64,000 nucleotides of DNA from Camelus dromedarius (lineage: Eukaryota): contig NC_087437.1 of the NCBI RefSeq assembly GCF_036321535.1, positions 9,302,001 to 9,366,000 of the forward strand. Direction: 5' to 3'. A program made the translations under genes and the position numbers. Below are positions 1 through 13,077 of this stretch, in pieces (position 1 is the stretch's first letter; each line of letters starts with the position of its first letter). Under the pieces are notes generated by a model, which saw only the letters and a list, made by a program, of their open reading frames with translations, had not been told where the DNA came from and did not search any database.

Positions 1-423
1 CATGGATGGACCTAGAGATTGTTGTACTAAGTGAAGTAAGTCAGACAGAGAAAGACAAACATCATATGATATCACTTATATGTGGAATCTAAAAAAATGA
101 CACAAACCAACTTATTTACAAAACAGAAAGAGGCTCATAGACACAGAAAACAAACATATGGTTACCAGAGAGGGTAGGGGAGAGGGAGGGATAAATTGAG
201 AGCTTGGGACTGGCTGATACAAACTACTATGTACAGAACAGATAAACAACAAGGTCCTAATGTACAGCACAGGGAATTATATTCAATGGCTTGTAGTAAC
301 CTGCAATGAAAAAGAATGTATCTATATATGTATATCTGAATCACTGTACACTGAAAAACTAATACAATATTATAAATCAAAAAATTAAAAATTAAGAAAA
401 ACAAACAAAAAAGCAAAAACAAA
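1..423 (+). mobile_element. LINE-1 3' end (ORF2 C-terminus + 3'UTR + A-rich tail), truncated by window edge
   Basis: catggatggacctagagatt...gtgaagtaagtcagacagagaaagacaaa...tgtggaatctaaaa motif shared with other copies in the window (3606, 11897, 34435, 41940); A-rich tail 380-423. Confidence 0.92.
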
Positions 424-479
424 CATACATACACACATGCATACATACATACACAGGAAAAAAGTTTCATTTCCACACT

Positions 480-780
480 AGATAAGAGAATATACTCATG
501 CATGAAATCAGAAGAGGATGCTGTTAAAAAATATTTAAAGGCAAAATTAAGCTCTGAGAAATTATAAATAAGGATGTACATGTGCAAAATGTGGCAGAAA
601 ATTTTAAAGATAAGCTGGAGAAAATGTCCCCAAAATTAAAAACAAAAAACAAGCCAAACATATGAACAACAGGTGAAAAGATAAGAAAATTAAAGATTAA
701 TCTTACAGAGCCCACATCTAAGGACTGAGAGTTCAAGAAAAACAGAAAATCCTGAGATTGTCCTAAGTATAGAAAGTTGC
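480..780 (+). mobile_element. Ancient L1/HAL1-like ORF1-region fragment
   Basis: A-rich tract with aagataagaaaattaaagatt...cccacatctaaggactgagagttcaagaaaaacagaaaat resembling the recalled HAL1/L1M ORF1 consensus; highly diverged. Confidence 0.5.
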
Positions 781-1559
781 AATAGAAGTCAAAAGAATAA
801 TTATTTTTACCACGGTTATTACTTCTGAGGAGCATTTTACCGTTATCACTTTGTATGTAAATAACAATGATAAAAATTGAAATAATAATAATTCAAAACC
901 CCACAATTTTACAAAATGAAGTTGAATCTATATATTACAACTGGATGAATAACCAGATTATTTATAAAGTACATATTTGAAATCACTTCCTCAGGGTGAA
1001 CCCCAAAGATTTTTTTCATTTTACAAAGCAGAAGACAAACCAAGGGCCAAGATAGATCTGAATTCTTCTTGCTGACTCATTTGCATGAAATGAAGTCAAA
1101 CACTCAAAACCTCAAAGAAAGATAAAAACTTCAGCTAATGAGGCCATTTGTGTCAATTCATTAGCCTGAATACTTCCAACTGATTAGCACAAAGTGTTAC
1201 AAGGAAGCCTCAAGAGTAGGAAGTAACATGTAAGTTTGGAGGCTGCTCTCCCGGAATGGAGAAAGCCCCTGGGGCTGAGGCACTGGGGAGTTGAGAAAAG
1301 CACCTGACCTCCTTTGCAAATGAAAATCCCTAAAAAAGCAACATATACTAGTAATGACAAGTCTAGGCTAGAGCAAGTGCTTCACTTTTATAATGGCTGC
1401 TAAATATGAAACCAGTTAAAGAAAGCAAAATCGAATGCTAATTATTTATAGAACATTAGGCGTGAACACAACATTTTTGCTCACAAGCATCCAAAGATGC
1501 CATGCTCCCTCCAAGCCAGGTAGCTGCGTTCATCAGTGACCTGGAAGACACGTCTGACC

Positions 1560-1862
1560 CCTAAGATGACTGTCGCTGGCCCTTCCTCCAGCAAGCTTGT
1601 GCGGGTCAGCCCATACTGGGTGATGAGCTGCTCCAACAAATGGTGCCCAGGCATCCTTAAGTGTGTGTCCCCATTTGGGCAACCTCCCACGGTATTACAA
1701 TGATCTCTTCATTTGGTCCCTATTCTGTATGATCCTTGATGTTCAGAGAGAATTAGAAACCGGGCTATCTTATTCACTGTTGTACCCAGAGATACTGATA
1801 AACTGCCCGGCCCACCTTGGCAAGTGTACGAATATTGATGGAAAAAAATGGACGAATAAATG
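1560..1862 (+). mobile_element. LINE-2 3' fragment
   Basis: ccttcctccagcaagctt ... tcttattcactgttgtacccag ... aatattgatggaaaaaaatggacgaataaatg resembles the L2 3' terminus. Confidence 0.55.
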
Positions 1863-2364
1863 CAACTCTTGATTTTAGGGATGAGGCAATTCAGTTCTAG
1901 AGGCACAAATCCCAGCTCAGGGTCAGTCAGGAGCAAAACTAGGACTCAGAACTCCTGTTCCCCTGCTTCCTGCCTTTTCTAGAGTATTAAAACAGAACTC
2001 ATTAGCCCACTTTCAAGAGCCACAGGAAAACAATTACAACCTTCTCCTCCGTTACTTGTCCTCCACTCCTCCTACGCCTGCAGACAGAACGAGCTGTTCA
2101 CTATACAGATAAATCCACCCTCTGCAGCTCCTGTCTCTGATTCTGTCGATACCAGGAATCCTTTGTCTTTATCTTTACTACTTCAAACCTACCATCATTC
2201 AGGTTCCAGCTTAAATACCATCACATTCAATTACGGGACAAAAAAACCCCAAAAACAAAAAACCCTTCAATTAAACACTGAATGCTTTCTATGTACCAAG
2301 CAACAGAGGAGACAAAAAGATGGATAATAAATGGTCTCTCTTAAAGCAGCATATAATTTAATTA

Positions 2365-3010
2365 AGTGATTAAAAGGTTGATAATAGCTAGAGTTGGTAA
2401 GAGGGTAACAAAAAAAAAACATTTGCGTATATTGTTGGTAGGGTCGTAAATCAGTTCTACAGTTCTGTTTTATTTTGCAGGTAGAGGATTTGGCACCTGC
2501 TCTCCACGTTAAAAGCATGTGTCCCCTCAGAACTGGCAATTTTCCTTCTAGTAACTTCTCATAAAGATATTCACCCATAGGCGTTCAATTTTTTTATGCA
2601 CATTGATGATGAAGTTAATGATGAAGTTATAGCAGTTTTTCTAAGAGCCCAAAACTGGTAAGAAAAATGTTCACTTACAGGATGACATAACGTAAATTGT
2701 ATTATGTCGATATACTATTTTATGTGTGAAAAAAGAATGAGTTAGTTCTCTATGAGCTAGTGTAGGAAAAAAACTCAAACATAAGAAGTGAAAACAGCAA
2801 AGGACAGAACAGTATATCTAACATGATTCCATTTGTGTAAAAATATCCAGGCACGTATGCCTTTATATACAATAAAAGCATCAAACTATAATCAAAACTT
2901 ACAAGTGGTGATCAGTTGTCTCTGGAAGCGGATTGAGGGTGTAGGTGGGGATCAGTCTTTACTTTTCACTTTTTATTCTTCAGTATTTAAAGTTTTTAAC
3001 CACACACAGC
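2365..3010 (+). mobile_element. Old L1M (L1MC/L1ME-type) 3' fragment
   Basis: aaaagaatgagttagttctctatg, agtgaaaacagcaaaggacagaacagtata...atgattccatttgtgtaaaa are typical of old L1M 3' ends. Confidence 0.7.
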
Positions 3011-3284
3011 TATCACATTGATAATTACTTGAATTATTTTAGCTATCGATACAAAGTTTTTTAAAGTCTGCAGATATTTACCTAGTTGATGGGAAGGTGA
3101 AGTGGACGTTGGGGAAAGTTTAAATAGGTTGGTGCTATTTTATAAATGGGCCAGTAATATTTTATAAAGACCTTGAAGGGTGGGTACTGATTCAGTTAGT
3201 CAAGACGGTGGAAGGATTCCATGCAGAGTGGTCTACACTCCCAGCACGTGGCGGTGAGGCACGGGCATCAGATGCACGCTAGCT

Positions 3285-3541
3285 AGCCGATGAAGTGCAT
3301 GTGGAAGTGCATCTCACATCCAGGCTGAGGCAGTGAAAGCCCTCGTATTATCTGACTCAGTCACAGAGAAGGGCTTGTGTTGAGTTGGTGGAACAGCATT
3401 GCTGAGTACCTTCAAGGAGAGCAGCTGCTCAGCTGTGCCACGCGAATCCTCAAGAACGAAAACTAAAGTTTCACTGTGTCGAACCGCTGAGAGTTGGAGG
3501 TGTTGGTTGGTTCCTAGAGCCCACCCAGCCTGAATAGTACA
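3285..3541 (+). mobile_element. MaLR (MLT1-type) LTR fragment
   Basis: ccgctgagagttggaggtgtt...cccagcctgaatagtaca resembles an MLT1 3' end. Confidence 0.5.
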
Positions 3542-3603
3542 GACAACATCAGAAGAGGAAATACATGTTTTCTGCAGGGAAAGGTTTTAAAAATGGAGAT
3601 CTA

Positions 3604-4073
3604 ATTACTCAGCCATAAAAAAGAATGAAATAATGCCATTTGCAGCAACATGGATGGACCTAGAGATGATCATACTGAGTGAAGTAAGCCAGACAGAGAA
3701 AGACAAACATCATATGGTATCATTTATATGTGAAATCTTAAAAAAAAAAATGACACAAATATACTTATTTACAAAACAGAAACAGATTCAGACACAGAAA
3801 ACAAACTTATGGTTACCAAAGGGGAAAGAAGGGCGGAGGGATAAATTAGGAATCTGGGATTAGCAGATTAAAAACTACTATATCCAGAATAGGTAAACAA
3901 CAAGGTCCTGCTGTAGAGCTCAGGGAACCATACACATTATCCTGTAATAAACCATAATGGAAAAGAATGTGAAAAAGGATATGTACACACATATGACCAA
4001 ATCACTATGCTGTACACCAGAGACTAACACAGCATTGTAAATCAACTAAACCTCAATTTAAAAAAATAAAATC
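3604..4073 (+). mobile_element. 5'-truncated LINE-1 3' end with TSD
   Basis: ORF 3633-3863 begins MPFAATWMDLEMIILSEVSQTEKDK (L1 ORF2 C-terminus); TSD AAAATGGAGATCTA (3590-3603) / AAAATGGAAGTCTA (4074-4087) at a TT|AAAA site. Confidence 0.93.
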
Positions 4074-4604
4074 AAAATGGAAGTCTATGTTGATAAACTC
4101 ATAGACTCTGTTAAGAGTTTCTCTATGTATGTAGACGAACAGATGGAAAAATGCTCAGAACGGGATGTGGAATTGAAAGATACCGGAAATGGACAGTCAA
4201 AATAAAGAGTTACCTTCCATTTGTTTGGATTAACAAGTTGCTGCAAGTTTTTTGCTTGCTTGATTTTTTTGTTTGTTTGTTTTGTTTTAAGCTGTGAAGT
4301 GACATGATCAAAGCTGAGGAATTTCAATTACTTGGGACAACTAGCCTGACAGTTCTCTGCAGAGAAAGATATCGAGTTTTGGAAATGGAAGAGGGGTGCT
4401 CAGCAAAGAACAGAGAGGAGTAAGAGGAAAGGAGGAGAGTTTTGTGTTCCAGGATCCAAGGACAAAGGAGGAAATGGGTGGTTCACAGTGCGAACCAAGG
4501 AGGTGAGATAAGGTGAGGCCTGAGACTTAAGTGATGCTGATGATTAAGAGATGAGCTTACGGAAATTAATTAGTAGAGCAAGGTGGAAAGAAACTAGGGT
4601 ATGA

Positions 4605-4994
4605 GTCCCTCTGTTCCCTGAAGGGCTCTGTCTGTGGACTCCATCGCCTGCCTCCCTTCCACCTGACTTCTAGCTGTGTTTGGCCCGTGGAGGCAGCAAC
4701 AGGAGGAAGTATACCTTCCCCAGCTCTCTCCGAAGATTCACATCTCACGGGCAGTGACTGCATCTTAGTGACCATAGCTTGAGCCCTGCCGCCCTCTGCC
4801 CAGCCCAGCTCTCCTGGGCTCCAGCGGCATGCTTTCTTCCCACATCCCTTCAAGCCAGGCATGGTCGTGATGCCATCTCTGGATTGGTTCGTTCAGCATT
4901 GCCCTGAGCTCCGAGCACAGTCCTTTGTTGAACTCTCTCCTAGGAAACCCTTTTGAGGAGATTTTTTTTCCTGCGGTTACCCTGACTGAACCAC
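4605..4994 (+). mobile_element. ERVL solo LTR (LTR16-like)
   Basis: 3' end ...cccttttgaggagatttttttcctgcggttaccctgactgaaccaca resembles the recalled LTR16 terminus. Confidence 0.6.
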
Positions 4995-5799
4995 AGAGTG
5001 TATATGAAATATCACACATTTTATGTACAAAAAGGAACATCAATAATACATTTTAGATCCACAGGTGACTGTGGAACACATCTGAACTAGATGAAGAAAC
5101 CCAAGCCTGGAGAAGTTAATTGGCTCCCAGGCTGTAAAGCTAGTAAGAGCAAAACGGAGAAGGACCAGAGCTCCCAGCTCCCAGAACAGACGATCTGCAC
5201 CCCAGCATGCGGGCTCCCTCACAGGGGGACCTGAACTGGAAAACAAAACGTTCTGATTAGAGGAAGCAGCTTCAAGACAGTGACTGTGGCTTCTATTAAA
5301 TAAATGCCACTCTCAGACCTTTCCACCCCATTGTCAGAACAGCCCCACCATCTCTCTCTGCGGAGATAATTAGGATTTAACCTCCATGTCGGAGGCAGGA
5401 GGCTGCTAGCTTTCAAAAAGAGATGTTACTTACGGGTCAAAACTATTTTCTTCTGATCAATTCTGCTGCAAATGGATGATGTTCTAATACCTGCCTCTTG
5501 TTTCGAGGTCGGGGAATAGCTCTTGCCCTCTCTTGTATACTTATCACAAATCATACACTATCAGGCAAAATTGGGGAATGCAGTCTTTAATTAAAATGAT
5601 TCCTCTATTCTGATGCATTTACAGAGCAGAACATTTATTTACATTAATCAAAATTAACTTCCTAGCTGTGTTTCTTTCTTTCCAAAATTATTCTTAAAAC
5701 TGATGGTGTACCCAGTAATGGATGGCTTCTTAAATACATACACACACACAAATACAGTCTTCAATATAAAACTGACTCATCTACAATAAAGAATGATGA

Positions 5800-6025
5800 A
5801 CATTTATTTGTTGTTTAGTTGGGGAAACTTTTGCATTAATGAGTTTATGGAATTCTCTAACAGCTGAAGGTGGCATTTATTATTGTTGTGGTTTAACAGG
5901 TGACAAAATTGAAGCAAACTGACATTAATAAAATCAGCCAAAGCTAGCACAGGTAGTAAATAAAGAACAGCAAATCTGAAGCCAGGCCTTCCTAAATAAG
6001 ATCCATACACTGTTTCCATTTTTCT
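5800..6025 (-). mobile_element. MIR SINE (diverged)
   Basis: ttaacaggtgacaaaattgaagc...gcacaggtagtaaata...aaatctgaagccagg core-like pattern. Confidence 0.55.
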
Positions 6026-6249
6026 GGTGCTCTGCACTCAATATCCTTATCACACTGTCCACAGAGGATCACTGTATTGATTAGGCCCAAGGATGTTATC
6101 TGCCAATTATGTCTTTCCAGTCCCACAACTTCTTGGAAAACTCTCCCATCCTCTAGTACTTAAACGGACAGTAGCCCTCTGATCAAATTCCATTCCTTAT
6201 CCTAGGAATTTATATTTGGGTTTTAGAGATACTGGTTTAGGTTCTGTTG

Positions 6250-6595
6250 CTGCTTCAGTGGAAACCTCCTGTGAGCTGGAGGCCATGGGCGTATTGGACC
6301 AGAGAGAACTACCTATAGACACAGAGAAAAAATGCGTATCTCCAGGGAGAAACACAGACGAGAGACCACTTAGCTCTGGAGACAGAGAGAGATTAATCCA
6401 GGACCCTGATGGCTGTCTGGTCTCGTCCCTTGTCAGTCCTGCATTTGAGTTCCATGAGAATGTCCCTTTATTCTTCCAGCAAATTGCCTAATTTACTTAA
6501 CCTTATCTTATGTACTTTAATTTTAGGTTATCTAAAATTAACATAGATAAGCAAGTTTGAATAGCATTGTGCTACTTGCAACCAACTGACCCATA
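6250..6595 (+). mobile_element. ERVL/MaLR LTR fragment (LTR33/MLT1K-like)
   Basis: agtttgaatagcattgtgctacttgcaaccaa 3'-end motif. Confidence 0.45.
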
Positions 6596-6724
6596 TGCAA
6601 AACTATATTATTTTCTGGTAATTCTGTGGGTCTTTTAGGAATGTCACTAGGAACATGAATTCTGAATGTTGCTGGTTATCATGCCACAAGTGGGATGACA
6701 ATAACTGAAAAGGTAGAATTACCA

Positions 6725-6945
6725 GATGGTGGCTAAAACTGTGGGCTCTGGACTTTGAATGTTCAAACCGCTGCATAACTGTAACACAAAACAAGTTATT
6801 GTTACCTATTCTGCTTCTGCTTCTTTTGCTGTAGCATATAGAAAATAAATTATTTACCTGAAGAGGTTCTTATGAAAATAAATTATGGAAATCAGTTACC
6901 ACCATAGTTGACCCAAAGAAGAGCTCAAAAAATTCCAGTTACTGT
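6725..6945 (+). mobile_element. MIR SINE
   Basis: gtggctaaaactgtgggctctggact head; gaagagctcaaaaaattccagttact tail. Confidence 0.6.
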
Positions 6946-7939
6946 TTTTCTTATTTTTACTCTGATCATAGCCACCATTACTTTTCCTTGTCTTACCCTC
7001 CAGATAAAGCTTCATTTTTGGTTTCGCATAGAAACATCAAAATCCCATCTACAGATGAACGTGTTTTCAAATCCAGTTGTGAAATAAAATCAAAGTCTTC
7101 CCTAGTCATCGTATTAACATTTACAGCTATTTCCAATAAGTTTCATTCATTTTCATAAGAGTGACTTGGGATGATGTGACCTCACTGAGAGAAGGGGGGA
7201 AATCTTTCTAAACATCTTGTCAGAGATATGTCAGCCAACGTTGGGGTGTAATCAGGTAATTAATATGAAAATGATCATGCTGTTCTTCCTGAACGTAAAT
7301 GGCTACCCACCACTTTCTCAAGGAGTAGCTGTGGCATTGTCTTCCCAGCTGTGCTAAATAGAATTGTGCTAAATAATTTCACTTGCTTCATCCCACATCC
7401 CAAAGAAGGTGTTTTTTTCAGAAGGTTAGAGTAAGAGTAGAATCCATATTCCAGGATGAGTGTAACCTACTGGCCCACATAGGGATTCATTCACATCAGC
7501 CTCATTAACACACAGCTCTAGCTAACCGAGCTAAATCATCAGGGTCAGCAACAGACAGAATTACCATTAATTGTTTTCAGATTTCAATCTCTGGGCCTTT
7601 AATTCCAGAAACACTAATTAAAATAAGGAAGAAAAAAGTGCTCAGAAGTGTAGCGTCAATTTATGCTTCATAATCATCTATTAGCAAGCCAAATGGCTCA
7701 TTTATGGAGAATGCTATCCAAATCAGGTTTTCCAGTAGTAAATATTTAAAATCCAGGCACTTGAGAAAAATGTTGCTAAATAAACCCCAGACACCACTGT
7801 TTTGTCTAGTTAACACGTCTTCCCGTCCTTCTTTTGGGAAGTAGTTCCACCCCCTTAGAAATAGGAGCAGTTGCATGAACTATTCTCGGCTTCTAAGAGT
7901 CCTTGGTCCCACAGTGCACATACTCATTGGTCTGAAGTA

Positions 7940-8302
7940 TCAGAATAGAATCTAAGAAGAGCCAGGAATATTCATCTCTGGGATTCTTTTCAAGAAGAAG
8001 CTAAGAGAGGATGTGTTCTTGACGTTCTGCTCTTGGAACTGTTCATACACAAGCTAGACTGGCTTGCAGCCATTTCCAAAGCCATACAAAGACAAATGAA
8101 ACCCACATGCAAAGAGAAACACTGATGAGAGGCAAGGAAAGATGGAAAGAGGGGCCTGATGGCTTTTGAACCCCGCTTTTCATCTGTCCCTAGCTTTACT
8201 CGTACCATTCCTAATTATCAGGCTAATAAATTTCCTGTTTTTTCTTAATCTAGTCTAACTTGGGTTTCTGTCACTTGCAATCAAAATGTCTTGATTAACA
8301 AG
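7940..8302 (+). mobile_element. MaLR LTR (MLT1K/L-like)
   Basis: gctaataaatttcctg...ttgggtttctgtcacttgcaatcaaaa 3' terminus. Confidence 0.7.
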
Positions 8303-8687
8303 CCACTATACCAGGATTACTTCCTTTGAATATCGCTGAGGCTTGCTTAATTTAAAAGACCCTCAAATTGTAGGGGCAATTTAGGCAGTAGTCATAGATA
8401 CAAAAATGTACATATGAAAGGATGCATAAACAAAGCAATGTGTCTTCCATAAAGGCATCATCATAAGCTTCTAGGAGACCTGAGCAGGTATCATGCACCA
8501 ACTATACAGCCAGCTAGATAAGAACACAATTATCAGTGTATGGCTCTCAAACTCTCACTACATTACTGAATCAAAGAATAAAGCAAGATGATGACGCTAA
8601 CTGTTACTGAATTACTACAACGTGCCTGACGTGGATACAAGCACTTTATACTATTTCAAGATTTAATCTCACAATAGCTCTACTCGG

Positions 8688-9208
8688 GTGAATTAGTTGT
8701 CTGCTGATGTATGACAATTTAACTACAAAGTCAGTGGCTTCAAACAACATGCATGTCTCATCTCCCAGCTTAGCTGGGTCCTCTGCAGGATGGTAATGAA
8801 GGTGTCAGCCTGGGATGCAGCCTCATCTGAGGATTAGCTAGGGAAGGATCCATCTCTTCACTCACTTGCTATTGGCTGCATTCAGTTCTTACGGGCGGTT
8901 GAACTGGGCCTTATTTCCCTGCTAGATGGTGGCCTAAGGCTGCCAAGTTCCTTTTCTCTCTATGAGCAACTCACAACATGGTAACCTGCTTATTCAAAGC
9001 CAGTAAGAGAGAAAAATCTCCTTGTAAGATTGATGTTTCAATCTTATGTAGCATAATCATGTACACATAATTATGTCCGTCCCATCACTGTTGCCATATT
9101 CTACTGGACAGAAGTAAACCGTAGGTCCTGCCCACACCCGAGAGGAGGAGGTACACAAGGGTGTGAGGGTGGGGCTCATGGGAGCCACTCTGGGGTCTGT
9201 CTGCCACA
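8688..9208 (-). mobile_element. MaLR LTR (MLT1F-like) nested inside a MIR (MIR halves ~8590-8686 and ~9209-9315)
   Basis: agtggcttcaaacaacatgca...cttagctgggtcctctgc...ttgccatattctactggacagaag...tctgtctgccaca; the flanks read as a continuous MIR (ctcacaatagctct | attattccccatttcacagatg). Confidence 0.8.
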
Positions 9209-9349
9209 AAGCTATCATTATTCCCCATTTCACAGATGGGGATGTGGAGGGATCCTTAGCAGAGAAGTGAAGATGCAGAGCTATGTTTCGTATCCAGTCA
9301 GTCTGCTCCCATTATGCTACTCTTTATGGAAAAAAAGAAAAACTACATG

Positions 9350-9535
9350 TGGCGAGTTCAACACCAGTCTCAGACCTGATTTTTACTAGCTATGTGAGCT
9401 GGGACAAAGGTCTCAATCTCTCTCATCTTCACTTTACTCTTTTCTTCTATAAAACAGAAATGATAAATAAAACCATTTCTGGCTTTTTGTGATGGCCAAA
9501 TGGCATGAGGTACATAAGTATACTTTGAAAGGCTA
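9350..9535 (+). mobile_element. MIR SINE
   Basis: tttactagctatgtgagctgggacaa...tctataaaacagaaatgata core. Confidence 0.65.
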
Positions 9536-11224
9536 AGAATGTTGTGTTAGAAATATTATTCTATATTCTTATGACATAGAATGGAGATATTATGGATGAA
9601 GTTGCTCTAAATTTATTTTTCCCCAAATAAGTAGCTACTGTGTTTACTAGGAGTAGCTACAATTCTGTGCACTCACATGGTTAAAGGCCAGTAAGTCATC
9701 CATTGCTTTCTGCAATAGTGACACTGAGTTCAGTCTTATTAGGTAGAGGGAGATGAAGAGACAGGTATCTGAGGATGGTGTGATGCTTCTCCATCACCAA
9801 GACGGGACTCTTGAGAACCCTGACTAGAAGGACAGATGGGTTTTCCGAATTCACTCATCTTCCTCTGCTTATCGTGACCCCCACTACCTCCATAAAGGCT
9901 AGACTGAGAGACGTCTTTGCTAACAATAAATGGAAAGATGAATGGAATTAACATCTCGTCAGCATCTCTAGAAGTTTCCATTGTTCGAGGCAGCTCAGGG
10001 ATGTTATTTCATTTAACCTTCAGACACTCTGTGAAACAGTCATTATTAATTAGCTCTAATTTCAGATTAAGAAACTAAGAATCAGGGATGCTGGATGACT
10101 TTTTCAATATAGAATTCAAACCCAAGACTCCTTCAAGTTGTACAAATAGAGGAAATACATATTTAAGTTGTTACACACACACACACACACATAAACACAC
10201 ACAGAGATATATACATGTAATATACATATAGACATACACATATATGCTACATATACTACATCATGGTGGGATTCATTCATTTATTCAGATATTGAGTCAC
10301 CATGGAGTAACTGAGCTCTTGTATCAGTCACAGGTCTATATATATATATATATATATATATCTCAAAGCAATGAGAAGTCAGATTCAATGTCACAGCATT
10401 TTGAAAGCAAAATCACTGACCTGGAACTCAAAAGACATCAATCTTGCACCTGGCTGTACTGCTAAACCAGCCATGTGTCCAAGTCAACTGATTCATCAGA
10501 GTCTTTGGTCCAAGCCTCTGTAAAAATGGTACCAATTCCCTCTGCTCTTTTTTCACGAAGGAGCTACTGGTATCAAGTGAATTAATGTATCTGTGAAAAT
10601 AAAGCACTATAAATATAGGGTATTAGCACACTCCAGTCTCAGACGTCTTTAGCTCCGAGTAACGGTCGAAAAACAAACATCCTCATGCACCATCTTCTTT
10701 TACCAGAGTACTTAAGAACACATTCTGTATTCACGATGACAACATTAAAGCCTCTTGAATTTAATAGCAAATGTAAAATATGTACCAGAAAGAACCAAAT
10801 TAAATTCTCCGGCTTCTAATCATTACATACCCACAAGTGGGCTAATTTCAGAAAATGATGATACAATTTTATGAGCTATGAAGAGATATAGGCATCCTAT
10901 TTACAGAGACATATTTTCCTGTAAATCTTTCATGTTTCATCTGAAAGCATGACGGCTTTTAATAAAAATGATCTACAAAGCGCACTAAGCTTCACACACC
11001 TACTTCCGTGTAAGATCAGTGTGCGTCTGGAAGAGGAAAGGAACTGTCTCTCCATGCTGCTCCCCCAGGACTGTCAGTTTAAACTGATTTCAGCACAGCT
11101 GGACCAAAACGACCAAGGAAATGATGACACCAGTAACAGCACAACAAACGTTCCGATCGGGCTGCTTGCCCTGGGTTGGGGTGGGAGACTCTTGTCACCA
11201 GAGGAGTTGAAGCCAAGGCTTATC

Positions 11225-12500
11225 ACTGGGACAGATTAGGGTTTGTGGGGCCTCAAGTGGACATTTATACCATTTCGGTGAGTATTTTTAAGAGAAAGAA
11301 AACAGATTTACAAAAATAAAATTAGATTGGAAAAGAAAAATTTATAATGAGGAAATGTGCAACAAACTACAAATTATTTAAAAAAAAAACTGGCAGACAT
11401 CATACACATTATAAAATTAAGAAAATAGACATGTTACTTTTTTTTCTCCTTTTTCGGATTCTTACTCTCTGATTGACTCTTCATATGGCAAAAGATTTAA
11501 ATTATAATTTTCAATGAAAAGACTAAAGAAAAAAAATCAGCTTTTCTTCTGGTATGGTTGACTGATTTTTAATTTTTTAAATTTTAATTATTTAATTTAT
11601 TATCTTTATAGTATATTTTCCTATGTAGACAATGTTATTATCTATAAATAATGACATCAGAATTCATTGGTAAAACTCACATGGATATTGTGTTTTCATC
11701 ATGGGCAGGTTTTTGATTACTGATCAAATTTTTTTTTTTAATTCAAGTATGGTCAGTTTACAATGCCGTGTCAATCTCTGGCGTACAGCATAATAGTTCA
11801 GTCACACATACATATACATATATTAATTTCCATATTCTTTTTCATTATAGGTTACAAGTTATTGAATATAGTTCCCTGTGCTATACAGTAAAAACTTAAA
11901 TGCCCATTGGCAGATGACTGGATAAAGAAGTTGTGGTATCTTTATACAATGGGATACTACTCAGCCATAAAAAAGAATAAAATAATGCTAGTTGCAGCAA
12001 CATGGATGGACCTGGAGATTGTCATTCTAAGTGAAGTAAGCCAGAAAGAGAAAGAAAAATACCATATGATATCACTTATATGTGGAATCTTAAACAAAAA
12101 GACAAATTAATTTATTTACAAAATAGAAACAGACTCATAGGAAACAAACTTATGATTACTGGCAGTGGGGGAAGGGGGTGGGAAGGGATAAATCGGGAGT
12201 CTGAGATTTGCAAATACTAACTACTATATATAAAAATAGATAAATGACAAGTTTATACTGATTCTTTTATAATGAAAATTTTTGAACAGTTTATCCTTCT
12301 GCTTCAAAACAATTCACCACTGGGAATGTAAGGTACATTTTTAGGATTGTTGCCAAACCTGGGACCCTTCTATTAAGTTTCTTTTATATCTGAGCTGTAA
12401 GATTCAGAGGTATTTTCCATAGACTAGTATCTGGCTCCATACATTTTAAACCTCGTTTCTCCTCTCCGCCCCACTCACCTTCAGGGCCAGGCTGTTTATA
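11225..12500 (-). mobile_element. hAT-superfamily DNA transposon fossil (Tip100/Zaphod-like, MER53-like terminus) with transposase C-terminal remnant, interrupted at ~11575-12258 by L1 sequence
   Basis: Terminus gtttgtggggcctcaag; the minus strand of 12260-12405 translates (one frameshift) as ILQLRYKRNLIEG/PGLATILKMYLTFPVVNCFEAEG, resembling the hAT dimerisation region. Confidence 0.7.
11729..12259 (-). mobile_element. LINE-1 3' end with 5' inversion (twin priming)
   Basis: Poly-T + L1 3' terminus on the minus strand (11729-11896) fused to the immediately upstream L1 segment on the plus strand (11897-12259; ORF ADDWIKKLWYLYTMGYYSAIKKNKIMLVAATWMDLE). Confidence 0.9.
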
Positions 12501-13077
12501 ATCGGTTCATGCTGAGATCTAAATATTTCTGTTATGTTAGTCCGTGCGTTACTGAGGACCCAGGAGAGATCCCAGCATCACGGCATTGTCAGGGTCAAGA
12601 GGACCCTTGGTGAATGTTCCATTTTTGTGATTATATAAACTGCTGCTTTTTAATTCAGTACATGGCCCTTTGAACTCTGGAAGCAGCAGACAGGCAGACT
12701 TGTATTATCAGACAGGGCAGAGTGAGGACACTGGGGCTGAATGCTGGAGAAGCACAGACCCTGCTTCACAAGAGAACGGACGCCCTTGGTCCCCATCGCG
12801 TCTCGACACCACCCACTTGTGTATTCTAGCCCTCAGTCCCGCCCCCACGTCGGATGGTGACTGTGCAAAGAAGCCACCCCTCCTAGTTAGAAGAGGCAAA
12901 CTGCTCCAACAATTGGACCTCAGATAGTAAGAAGGACTCACATACAGGGAGGTTTCATTCTCACGCACAGAACACTGGGAGGGGGAGCAGGTGGGAAGCG
13001 AGGCTCTCACCCACGTGGTCACTTAGGGATGCTGGAGAGCAGAGAATACCAGCTTTTACCAGGTGCTTTCCAAGGTC

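Noticed and set aside
1481..1690. 69-aa protein-looking ORF on the minus strand
   Set aside because: Overlaps L2-like sequence on the plus strand; starts at GTG; no recognisable homology.
3633..3863. ORFs with MPFAATWMDLE (also 11907, 34696, 42258)
   Set aside because: These are C-terminal fragments of L1 ORF2 in truncated copies, not host genes.
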